Assembly (NCBI GenBank): GCA_005882115.1
Contig: VBEG01000021.1
Coordinates: 25,498-89,497 of the forward strand
Length of the DNA: 64,000 bases
Direction: 5' to 3'
DNA from: Chloroflexota bacterium
GTDB taxonomy: Bacteria; Chloroflexota; Dormibacteria; Dormibacterales; Dormibacteraceae
This document shows, piece after piece, positions 51,397 through 59,224 of the stretch. Position 1 is the first letter of the stretch. Each line of letters starts with the position of its first letter. Below the pieces are notes generated by a model. The model searched no databases and had not been told where the DNA came from. It saw only the letters and a list, made by a program, of their open reading frames with translations. The translations under genes were made by a program, and so were the position numbers.

Positions 51397-53040
51397 CTAC
51401 CGCATCCCGAGCTGAACCGCCTTCACGGCCAGCATCACGATCGAGAGCACGAGGTAACCCGCCAACGCGCCGATCGCGATGCGGCGGCCTCTCGACCAAG
51501 CGGGACGTTCGAGCAGCGCGAGAGCGGGCATCCGCCAGTTGGCGCGCTCCTCGCGCGAAAAGCGAGGCGGAGCCGGCGCGCCACGCGAGGTGAACCAGCT
51601 CCAGACCATGCCTGCCAGCAGAGCCGCAGCGGCCACCGAACCGAGAACGACGAGCAGCGTCGGGACGTCGACGGACGGGATCGCGGTCGAGATGACGAGG
51701 ATCGCCGACAGAACGAGCATCGCACCGACGATCACGCCCGCGACCGCATTCAGCCACCGCCGGTTGACCCAGGGACCAAGGACATCCCGATCGTTGCAGA
51801 GCAACACCGCGAACACGGTCGTGCTCGGCAGCATGACGCCGGCCATCGCCTGGACCGCGGTTGTGATGAGGCCGAGGGGGGCGTATGGGATGAGCACGAT
51901 CGCGGCTGCAACCGCCACCATCCCCGTGTACGAGGCATAGAAGAGCTTCGCGTCGCGTACGCCCCGATGCAGCGAGTGACGAAGGCCGAACATGTCGCCG
52001 AACGCATAGGACGTGGCGAGGGTGACGGCCGAGGCGCCCACGATGGAGGCATCGAAGAGAAGCAACGCGAATATGGCGCCTGCCGCCGGCGAGATGTTCA
52101 CGTGCAGGCCCCGCGCGATGTGGAGCGCGTCCTGGTAGTGGCCGAACGCAGGAGTCCCGGAAAACGCCGACGCGGTCGCCATCATGATCGCGGCCGCACC
52201 GATCACGACCACGAAGGCGCCGAGCACGGTGTCCGCCTTCTCGTAATCGAGCCAGCGCGGGGTGATCCGCTTGTCGATGACGTTGGACTGCTGAAAGAAC
52301 ATCTGCCACGGCGCGACAGTCGTACCGACGATGGCGACGATGAGGAGCGCCGAGTTGGAGGTGAGCCCGCCCTCGACGCCGGGCGTCACAAAGCCTTTGA
52401 GGACGCCGTCCCCGCTCGGGTGGCTCAGCACGAGGAGCGGCAGCACAAGAAGGCTGGCGAACAGGAACACAAACATCGCCCGCTCCCAGCGCCGGAAGTT
52501 GCCGCTGACCGTGATCAGGACCAGGACCGCGGCCGCGATCGGCACCACGATCACAGGTTGGAGCCCGAAATACTCGCCGGCCAGGCTGACGCCCATGAAC
52601 TCCGTGCTGATCGTGAGGAAGTTCAGCAAGAAGATCCCACCGGCGGAAAACCACCCCCAGCTGCGGCCGAACCGCTCGCTGATGAGCCTGGCGTAGCCGA
52701 CGCCCGTGACCGCGCCCAGCCGCACCACCATCTCCTGGTTGACGATCAGGACCGGGATCAACAGGAGCAGCGTCCACAGAAGCGAGTAGCCGAAGTCCTG
52801 CCCGGCCTGCGCGTATGTGGAGACACCACCTGCGTCGTTGTCGCCGACCATGACGATCAGACCAGGCCCGACGATCGCGAGCAACGTGAGGATGCGACGG
52901 CGCCACGTGCGTCGCGGCGTGACGTCGCTGACTCGGATCGTGCCGAACGCTCCGTGAATGTCGCCCTGGTTCAAATCGTCGAGCACGGCCGACGTTGGCT
53001 TCAAGCGCGAGTCCTTTCGGTTTGACTCGCGCTCGGACAT
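51397..53040 (-). CDS. NRAMP/SLC11-related transporter with Mg2+-type (NRMT-like) binding-site substitutions
   Basis: NRAMP fold motifs are present, but TM1 reads D-A-G-G (canonical DPGN) and TM6 reads T-T-V-A-P-W (canonical A-x-x-M-P-H). Confidence 0.7.
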   Translation of the reverse strand: MSERESNRKDSRLKPTSAVLDDLNQGDIHGAFGTIRVSDVTPRRTWRRRILTLLAIVGPGLIVMVGDNDAGGVSTYAQAGQDFGYSLLWTLLLLIPVLIVNQEMVVRLGAVTGVGYARLISERFGRSWGWFSAGGIFLLNFLTISTEFMGVSLAGEYFGLQPVIVVPIAAAVLVLITVSGNFRRWERAMFVFLFASLLVLPLLVLSHPSGDGVLKGFVTPGVEGGLTSNSALLIVAIVGTTVAPWQMFFQQSNVIDKRITPRWLDYEKADTVLGAFVVVIGAAAIMMATASAFSGTPAFGHYQDALHIARGLHVNISPAAGAIFALLLFDASIVGASAVTLATSYAFGDMFGLRHSLHRGVRDAKLFYASYTGMVAVAAAIVLIPYAPLGLITTAVQAMAGVMLPSTTVFAVLLCNDRDVLGPWVNRRWLNAVAGVIVGAMLVLSAILVISTAIPSVDVPTLLVVLGSVAAAALLAGMVWSWFTSRGAPAPPRFSREERANWRMPALALLERPAWSRGRRIAIGALAGYLVLSIVMLAVKAVQLGMR

Positions 53041-53046
53041 TTCGGT

Positions 53047-54324
53047 CTAAACGCCGGTGGAGGCTTCGACGCGGTTGCGCCAGTCTTCCGGGATGAGCTC
53101 TGCGATGACGTCGTCAGACGAGATCGCTCCGATGAGGTTGCCCGCCGCGTCGACCACGCCCAACGCCGTCAGGTTGTAGTCGGCCATGGTCAGGGAGACG
53201 TCCGAGAAGTCCGCGTTGCCATGGACGTAGACCTTGCTCAGCTCGAGGTCCTCTATGCTGCGCGCTCGATCGGAGCGGAGCAGCTCGACGACGCCGACAC
53301 TACCTATATATGTGCCGTCCTGCTCGGTGACGAAGACGGTCGTGAGCAGCTGGTGAGGCGACTTGTCGTCGGTCCGTACTGCCTCGAGTGCCATATCGAC
53401 GGTCGACCCGCGGACCACCCAGATGTAGTCGGGGCTCATCATTCCGCCGGCCGTGGTCGGGTGGTACTGGAGCAGCTTGCGCAGCTTGTGCTGCTGGCTG
53501 GGGGACATCATCTGAAAGACCGGCATTCGTCGCTCCTGGTCCAGCTCTCCGAGCAGATCGGCCGCGTCGTCGGGCGCCATGCGCTCGAGGATCCGAGCCG
53601 CCTCCTCGTTGGACTTCGACTTCAGGAACTCGACCTGGTGCTCCGCGTCCAGCTCTTCGAAGATGTCGGCCGTGAGCCCTGGGTCGCTCTCGACCGCCTC
53701 GATGATCTCCTGCCCTTCTTCATGCGAGGCGTCCTCGATGATGTCCGCGATCTGCGCGGGGTGAAGCCTGCGGAGGCGTTGCAGTGGCATCAAGAGCTTG
53801 GCGGTCGGGACCTGGCCGACGAACGGCTGCACGTCTTTCCAGTCGAGGATCGCGTGGCGGCGTAGGTCCGGACGGCCGCGCCGCGGCAGCAGCCGGCGCA
53901 GCATCGCCTGCGGGCTGCGATCGATGCCGGCGAGGTACCAGCCTTCAGGGCTCGGCGCGAGCACCAGGTCGTGCGCCTGCACGATGCGACCCCTGGCCAC
54001 GTCGACGAGGTGGCGGCCCAGCACGTCCGTCGCCAGCAACACCTCACCCGGTCGCCGCTGGAATGCCTCGGTGCGGATGGTGTGAGTGTTGAGCCGCACG
54101 CCGCCCGGCTCGAGCGATTCGATCACGGATTTGCCGATGAAGACGTCCTGCGCGCCGACGCGCACCTTGAGGCCAGTGACCGGCGGGTAGGTGCCGTCGC
54201 CGAGCTTGACGATGAAGTCTTCCACGCGTCCGACCTCGGTCCCCGCCGGGTTGAGGACCGGGCTGCGCAGAATCTGCGTCAGCATCAGCCGGCGCTTGTC
54301 TTGATGGTGTCTGGGCTGGTCCAT
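53047..54324 (-). CDS. soluble PRC-barrel / MgtE_N / tandem-CBS protein (MgtE cytoplasmic module without its membrane domain)
   Basis: PRC-like N-terminus (GTEVGRVEDFIV). MgtE_N helices (LHPAQIADIIEDAS...EAARILERMAPDDAADLLGEL). Two CBS motifs. No TMS. Stop is 6 nt from the transporter start. The start codon is uncertain. Confidence 0.7.
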   Translation of the reverse strand: MDQPRHHQDKRRLMLTQILRSPVLNPAGTEVGRVEDFIVKLGDGTYPPVTGLKVRVGAQDVFIGKSVIESLEPGGVRLNTHTIRTEAFQRRPGEVLLATDVLGRHLVDVARGRIVQAHDLVLAPSPEGWYLAGIDRSPQAMLRRLLPRRGRPDLRRHAILDWKDVQPFVGQVPTAKLLMPLQRLRRLHPAQIADIIEDASHEEGQEIIEAVESDPGLTADIFEELDAEHQVEFLKSKSNEEAARILERMAPDDAADLLGELDQERRMPVFQMMSPSQQHKLRKLLQYHPTTAGGMMSPDYIWVVRGSTVDMALEAVRTDDKSPHQLLTTVFVTEQDGTYIGSVGVVELLRSDRARSIEDLELSKVYVHGNADFSDVSLTMADYNLTALGVVDAAGNLIGAISSDDVIAELIPEDWRNRVEASTGV

Positions 54325-54346
54325 GCCTCCGTCGCTCACCCGGCCA

Positions 54347-54928
54347 TTATTCACCTCCACGCACGGCCTCACGGGCCTCCGGCACCAGCCACGCGAGCAG
54401 TCCTAAGGCAGCGACGTACTGGATCCACCACAAGCCGGTGAGCATGCTCACCACCAGACCGAACAGGGTCATCGCGGCAAGGTAGGCGCAGCTGATCGAC
54501 TCCGCGATATCGGCCCGCAGCGCGGGACTTTGCAACACGGCGTTGACGCGGCGTTTGCGTTGCGCCAGCACCGGCATGGCAACGATCGCGATCGCGGTGA
54601 CAGCGATGCCGGCTAGCGAGGATTCCGGCTCGATCCGGAACAGCAAACCAGCGATCGAAAACAGAAGAACGTAGACGCAGAGCAGCACCAGCAAGACGGC
54701 CGAGATCCGGGTCGCGGCGGTCTCGCCGGTTCGGCCTGTGAGAAGGCGAAACAAGACAATCCCGCTCAAGAGCTCGACGACCGAGTCGATGCCGAAGGCG
54801 GTCAGCAGGACGCTGCGCGCGACGATCCCCGCGCCGACGGCGACGCAGGCCTCGATCAGCATCCACGCGATGGTCAGGATCTCCAGTCGGATGCCGCGAC
54901 CGAGTGCACGCGCGCGTGCCGCTTCCAT
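54347..54928 (-). CDS. cation-efflux (CDF)-like membrane protein lacking the cytoplasmic domain
   Basis: 6 TMS with FGIDSVVE (TM2) and ADIAESISCAYL (TM5) motifs typical of short CDF-like proteins. Confidence 0.5.
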   Translation of the reverse strand: MEAARARALGRGIRLEILTIAWMLIEACVAVGAGIVARSVLLTAFGIDSVVELLSGIVLFRLLTGRTGETAATRISAVLLVLLCVYVLLFSIAGLLFRIEPESSLAGIAVTAIAIVAMPVLAQRKRRVNAVLQSPALRADIAESISCAYLAAMTLFGLVVSMLTGLWWIQYVAALGLLAWLVPEAREAVRGGE

Positions 54929-54959
54929 GCTCGAATTGTCGGTTAGGATCGCGTGCACG

Positions 54960-55697
54960 ATGGGCCCGCGCGTCGACGGATATCGCAACGACCTTCGCGG
55001 GCTCAAAGACTGGGAGCCCTACCTGCGGAAGCATTCGGGGCTGCCGGGGCCACGAGCCAACCTCGAGCTGGTCGCGGCGGTCGCCGAGGAGGCTGACGCG
55101 GACCGCCTGTGGCGGTTGTCGGCCTCGCACGACGAGTTTCTAGCACTGTGCGGCACCGCCGGCCTGGGCCGCATCGCCTTGATCGAGCCCGACGCGGTGA
55201 TCAAGTGGCTGCACGAGCTCGCTTCGGACCCGAGGTGGCGGGTGCGCGAGGGCGTGGCGATGGCGCTGCAGCGTCTGGGCTCGGAGGACATGCCGGGACT
55301 GCTTTCGCTCATAAAGGGATGGGCACGCGAGGGTCCCTACGTGCAGCGCGCCGCTGTGGCGGGGGTGTGCGAGCCGGCGATCCTCAAAAGGAATGAAGAT
55401 GCGGTCGCGGTGCTGGTGATCCTGGACGGAATCACCAAGTCGGTCGCCTTGGCGTCAGCCGCCGATCGCCGCGACGAGGGATTCGAGGCGTTGCGCAAGG
55501 CGCTGGGTTATGGATGGAGCATTGCCGCCGCAGCTGCACCGCGGAACGCCAAGCCCTACCTGGAGAAGTGGCTCCGCTCGACCGACAGAGACGTCGCGTG
55601 GATCATGAGAAGCAACATGAGGAAGGCGAGGATGGACGGGCTGAGGGAACAGCTTGTCTCCTCACTGCGGCAACGACCCGCGGAGCGACTGAGCTAG
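54960..55697 (+). CDS. HEAT/armadillo-like repeat protein (AlkD-like fold possible)
   Basis: Repeated helical DPRWRVREGVAMAL / YVQRAAVAGV segments. Weak family assignment. Confidence 0.4.
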   Translation: MGPRVDGYRNDLRGLKDWEPYLRKHSGLPGPRANLELVAAVAEEADADRLWRLSASHDEFLALCGTAGLGRIALIEPDAVIKWLHELASDPRWRVREGVAMALQRLGSEDMPGLLSLIKGWAREGPYVQRAAVAGVCEPAILKRNEDAVAVLVILDGITKSVALASAADRRDEGFEALRKALGYGWSIAAAAAPRNAKPYLEKWLRSTDRDVAWIMRSNMRKARMDGLREQLVSSLRQRPAERLS

Positions 55698-56125
55698 ATC
55701 CGCTCCAGGATCACGATCGGGATCTCGCGCTGGGTCCGCGCCTGCTGAGGTCCGAGGTATTCGATCAGCCTGGCGATCTTCGGGCGCTCATCCGGTGAAG
55801 CGACGCGGGTTCGGACCTTGAATTTCTCGTTTCCCACCTCCACTGTCGCGACCGGATCTTGCTTTAGATTGGCGAACCATTTCGGTGCTTTCGGCGCGCC
55901 GTTGTCCGAGGCGATGATTGCGAGGTCGTCTCCATAGGACCGGTAGCCAACGACCGCCGTCCGTTGCTGGCCAGATTTGGCGCCTGTGGTCGTCAGCAGA
56001 AGAAGCTGCCTCCCCGCCATCTGGCCACTCATCTGGCCGTGGTTGGCGCGGAATTCCTCGATCAACTTCGCATTGAATGCCCTCATATCGTTCGGAATTT
56101 GCGGACGCTGTTGTTTGCTCGACAT
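55694..56125 (-). CDS. deazaflavin (F420H2)-dependent nitroreductase family protein (DDN-like)
   Basis: FNAKLIEEFRAN.G......LLLLTTTGAKSGQQRT...APKWFANL pattern. Confidence 0.75.
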   Translation of the reverse strand: MSSKQQRPQIPNDMRAFNAKLIEEFRANHGQMSGQMAGRQLLLLTTTGAKSGQQRTAVVGYRSYGDDLAIIASDNGAPKAPKWFANLKQDPVATVEVGNEKFKVRTRVASPDERPKIARLIEYLGPQQARTQREIPIVILERI

Positions 56126-56198
56126 GTCTTAACCGTAGAACGCCTTTGCGAGTAAGGACACCGGGCCTCCCGTTTCCTTCCTTAGGAGGTCAAGAGAA

Positions 56199-56621
56199 TT
56201 GACACAGACACTGATAGTTGTATTCATCGTTGCGGTCGTGGTCATCCTCGCGATCGCCCTCATCGTCGCGTTGACGCGGCGGTCTTCCCGGCTTCGCCCG
56301 CTTCCGGCTGAGTCGCGTGATCGTTTTGCTCGCACCTGGAGCAACATCGAGAGCCGCTTCATCGAGGATCCTCGCGCCGCGGTGCAGGAAGCCGACCGTG
56401 CCGTGGTGCTGATCCTGAGCGAGCGCGGGGCGACGATGCCCGATGGACGAGATGTGCCGGAGGATCTGCAACAGGCGCGCGAGGCCGCCTCGAGCGACGG
56501 GGGCAGACAGGAAACTGAAAGCATGCGTAAGGCGATGGTGCACTACAAGCACATCGTCGATGACGCGATCGGGACCGCGAAGGAAACGCGGGAGGCTTCC
56601 CAGCGGGAGGTTGCCTCATGA
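56199..56621 (+). CDS. membrane-anchored hypothetical protein
   Basis: TTG start 8 nt after AGGAGG. Single N-terminal TM, then a charged helical region. Confidence 0.5.
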   Translation: MTQTLIVVFIVAVVVILAIALIVALTRRSSRLRPLPAESRDRFARTWSNIESRFIEDPRAAVQEADRAVVLILSERGATMPDGRDVPEDLQQAREAASSDGGRQETESMRKAMVHYKHIVDDAIGTAKETREASQREVAS

Positions 56622-56758
56622 GCGACATGGGACGTGAGACCGGGACGAGCGTAGGACTGACAGATCGGCGTCGGGCCGAGCGCGAGCCGATACGTACCAA
56701 TCCCGAGCTGATGGGTCGGATCGCTGCAGAAGCGCCGAGCGGCCCGAAGGGCACCTGA
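56618..56758 (+). CDS. possible 46-aa coupled small ORF
   Basis: ATGA overlap with the preceding stop. MSDMGRETGTSVGLTDRRRAEREPIRTNPELMGRIAAEAPSGPKGT. Below the ORF-track length cutoff. Confidence 0.25.
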   Translation: MSDMGRETGTSVGLTDRRRAEREPIRTNPELMGRIAAEAPSGPKGT

Positions 56759-56794
56759 CGAGTCCGGCCGGGTGAACCCCGGCCGGCCGTCACA

Positions 56795-57184
56795 TCATTT
56801 CAGGAGCTTCAGGCGGCGTAACACGGTCTCGACGGCAACCTGAATCCGTTTCGCAAGCCGCTCGGCCCACGGAAATTCGAGCGCGAGGACGGCGATTCCC
56901 GCCGCGATGACCAGCAGGCCAGGGCCGGGCAGCACCAGCAGTGCGATGCCGACACAGAGAAGCAAAAAGCCAACAACCGCTACCACGACCCGCCGCACTT
57001 GCGGATGGGACCGTCGATGGAGCGCGCGAGCTTTGTCGATCAAGCCTTCATCGGGCACGGCTACCGATGCAGGGTACCGAAACCTGTGCGGTGCCCGGCC
57101 AGAGGTCGCTGCGAGCGTGCCACGAGCTCGGCTGAAAACTGGCGCCCAGGCGTCGCGGTCCTTGTGGCCAAGGATCGGGCTCAT
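56795..57184 (-). CDS. PGPGW-motif small membrane protein
   Basis: LLVLPGPGLLVIAAG motif between two TMS. The start is uncertain (ORF is open up to 57298). Confidence 0.5.
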   Translation of the reverse strand: MSPILGHKDRDAWAPVFSRARGTLAATSGRAPHRFRYPASVAVPDEGLIDKARALHRRSHPQVRRVVVAVVGFLLLCVGIALLVLPGPGLLVIAAGIAVLALEFPWAERLAKRIQVAVETVLRRLKLLK

Positions 57185-57587
57185 TTGCGGTAGGGCAAAG
57201 GTCCTAATGACAATGGGACGGGCCAGGCATATGCTGGCGGTGGGGTAGTCGAGGGCAGTGGGGGCGTAGGCCTCCAGGGGCATCGGGTGCCCGGCCACAC
57301 CGCTTCCCCAAACTCTTGGCCGTCGGCCCGATCAGCCGGCGGTCAGGCCTTTTTATGGGCAAGCCGTCCTCCCGGTCGGCGTTAATTCAAATAATTCGAT
57401 CACCTGACAGCCCAGGGCAGTTGAGCATGTCAGGGAAGGGCGCCGGGGCCGAGCTTCGTTTTTAGGTCCGCGTCGCAGGGTGGGGGCGCTCTTCCCTCGT
57501 CCGGCAACCGTCACCGCCGGCAGCCGCGGCATTCACGCGACCCTCAATCCCACGAGCGCCGGCAGACGCGGGAAACTTCGCAAAAAG

Positions 57588-57660
57588 TGCCCCGCGAGGG
57601 ATTCGAACCCCCGACCCTCTGTTTAGAAGACAGATGCTCTATCCACTGAGCTAGCGGGGC
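57588..57660 (-). tRNA. tRNA-Arg (anticodon TCT)
   Basis: Hand-folded: acceptor GCCCCGC/GCGGGGC plus A, D-arm GCTC/GAGC, anticodon loop CTTCTAA, T-loop TTCGAAT. 73 nt. Confidence 0.9.
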
Positions 57661-57691
57661 AATCGGCGCATTCGGGAGAATACCCGTAAGG

Positions 57692-59224
57692 GTGGCGGGG
57701 CACACAAACGGCAAGCTGCAGGACCTGAAGGACATCCTGGCGGAGGTCAGCGACCTCAGCCACGCGGCTCTGCTCCTCGAGTGGGACCAGGAAACCTACA
57801 TGCCGCCCGGCGGCGTGCAGTCACGCTCCGAGCAGCTTTCGACGCTTCTGCGCCTGTCGCACGTGCGTTTCACGTCCGGCGAAGTCGGAGGGCTGCTGGA
57901 CTCGCTGGAAGGAAAGGTCGACGGCGACTTCGATTCCGACGACGCAAGCCTTGTCCGCGTCACGCGTCGCGACTACGAGGAAGCGCGCAAACTCTCGCCG
58001 GACCTGATCGCCGAGGTCGCCCGCGCCGGCTCGACGGCGCGGCCCGTCTGGGAGAAGGCACGGCACGACGAGAACTACACCTTGTTCGCGCCGTACCTCG
58101 AGAAAAACGTCGAGCTCAACCGGCGCATCGCAGATGCGCTGGGCTATAAGGAACGCCCATACGACGCGCTCCTCAATCGCACCGAGCCGGGCATGAAGAC
58201 GTCAGAGCTGGAGGCGATCTTTGCCGAGCTCAAGGAGGCGATCGTGCCACTCGTCGCGGACATCGGACGGCACGCCGATGCGGTCGATGACCGTGTGCTC
58301 CGTAGGGAATTCGACACCGACCTCCAGGTCTCGTACGCGCTCGAGGTCGTCAAGAGGCTCGGCTATGACCTGGAGCGCGGGCGCCAGGACATCTCGACCC
58401 ATCCCTTCTCCAGCGGTTTCGGCCCGGACGACGTTCGCATCACGACGCGCGTCTCGCGTGAGTTCTTCAACGAGTGCCTGTTCGGCTCAATACACGAATC
58501 CGGGCACGCGATGTACGAGCAGGGAATGGGCCGCGACATAGCACGGACACCGCTTTACGGGGGCGCGTCTCCGGGTGTGCACGAGTCGCAGTCACGACTC
58601 TGGGAGAACCTGGTCGGCCGCGGCCGCGCCTTCTGGCGCTATTTCTATCCAAGCCTCCAGGCCGTCTTCCACGAATCGCTGCACAACGTGGACGAGGAGA
58701 CCTTCTACCGCGCGGTCAACAGGTCCTACCCTTCGCTGATCCGAGTCGAAGCCGACGAGGTCACTTACAACATGCACGTGCTGCTCCGCTTCGAGCTCGA
58801 AAACGAGATGCTCGAGGGCAAGCTCAAGGTGATGGACCTGCCGGAGGCATGGAACGCTCGCGTCAAGTCCTACCTCGGCGTCGACGTCCCCAACGATCGC
58901 CAGGGCGCCCTGCAGGACATCCACTGGTCTTTCGTCAGCTTCGGCATCTTCCCCGGCTACACGATTGGCAACCTGATCGGTGCTCAACTGATGGAGAAAG
59001 TGCGGGCGGACATCCCCGACCTCGATTCACAGATCGAAAGAGGAGAGTTCGGCGCGCTGCTCGGCTGGCTGCGCAAGAACGTGCACCGACACGGGCGCAA
59101 GTTCACGCCCAACGAACTGATGGAGCGCGCCACGGGCAAGCCGCTGACAGCGATGCCATGGATCGCCTACGTGCGTAAGAAGTTCGGCGCCCTGTACGGA
59201 CTGCAAACGGCGGCGCACAACTAG
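57692..59224 (+). CDS. M32 carboxypeptidase (Taq-type metallocarboxypeptidase)
   Basis: LLEWDQETYMP, HESGHAMYEQG (HEXXH), HESQSRLWEN and IRVEADE motifs. Confidence 0.85.
   Translation: MAGHTNGKLQDLKDILAEVSDLSHAALLLEWDQETYMPPGGVQSRSEQLSTLLRLSHVRFTSGEVGGLLDSLEGKVDGDFDSDDASLVRVTRRDYEEARKLSPDLIAEVARAGSTARPVWEKARHDENYTLFAPYLEKNVELNRRIADALGYKERPYDALLNRTEPGMKTSELEAIFAELKEAIVPLVADIGRHADAVDDRVLRREFDTDLQVSYALEVVKRLGYDLERGRQDISTHPFSSGFGPDDVRITTRVSREFFNECLFGSIHESGHAMYEQGMGRDIARTPLYGGASPGVHESQSRLWENLVGRGRAFWRYFYPSLQAVFHESLHNVDEETFYRAVNRSYPSLIRVEADEVTYNMHVLLRFELENEMLEGKLKVMDLPEAWNARVKSYLGVDVPNDRQGALQDIHWSFVSFGIFPGYTIGNLIGAQLMEKVRADIPDLDSQIERGEFGALLGWLRKNVHRHGRKFTPNELMERATGKPLTAMPWIAYVRKKFGALYGLQTAAHN

Noticed and set aside
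56795-57660. Genomic island integrated at tRNA-Arg
   Set aside because: There is no integrase, no direct repeat of the tRNA 3' end, and no compositional shift that I could see. The neighbouring genes look like ordinary chromosomal genes.
57544-57735. 63-aa ORF
   Set aside because: It overlaps tRNA-Arg (57588-57660) on the same strand, so the ORF is an artefact.
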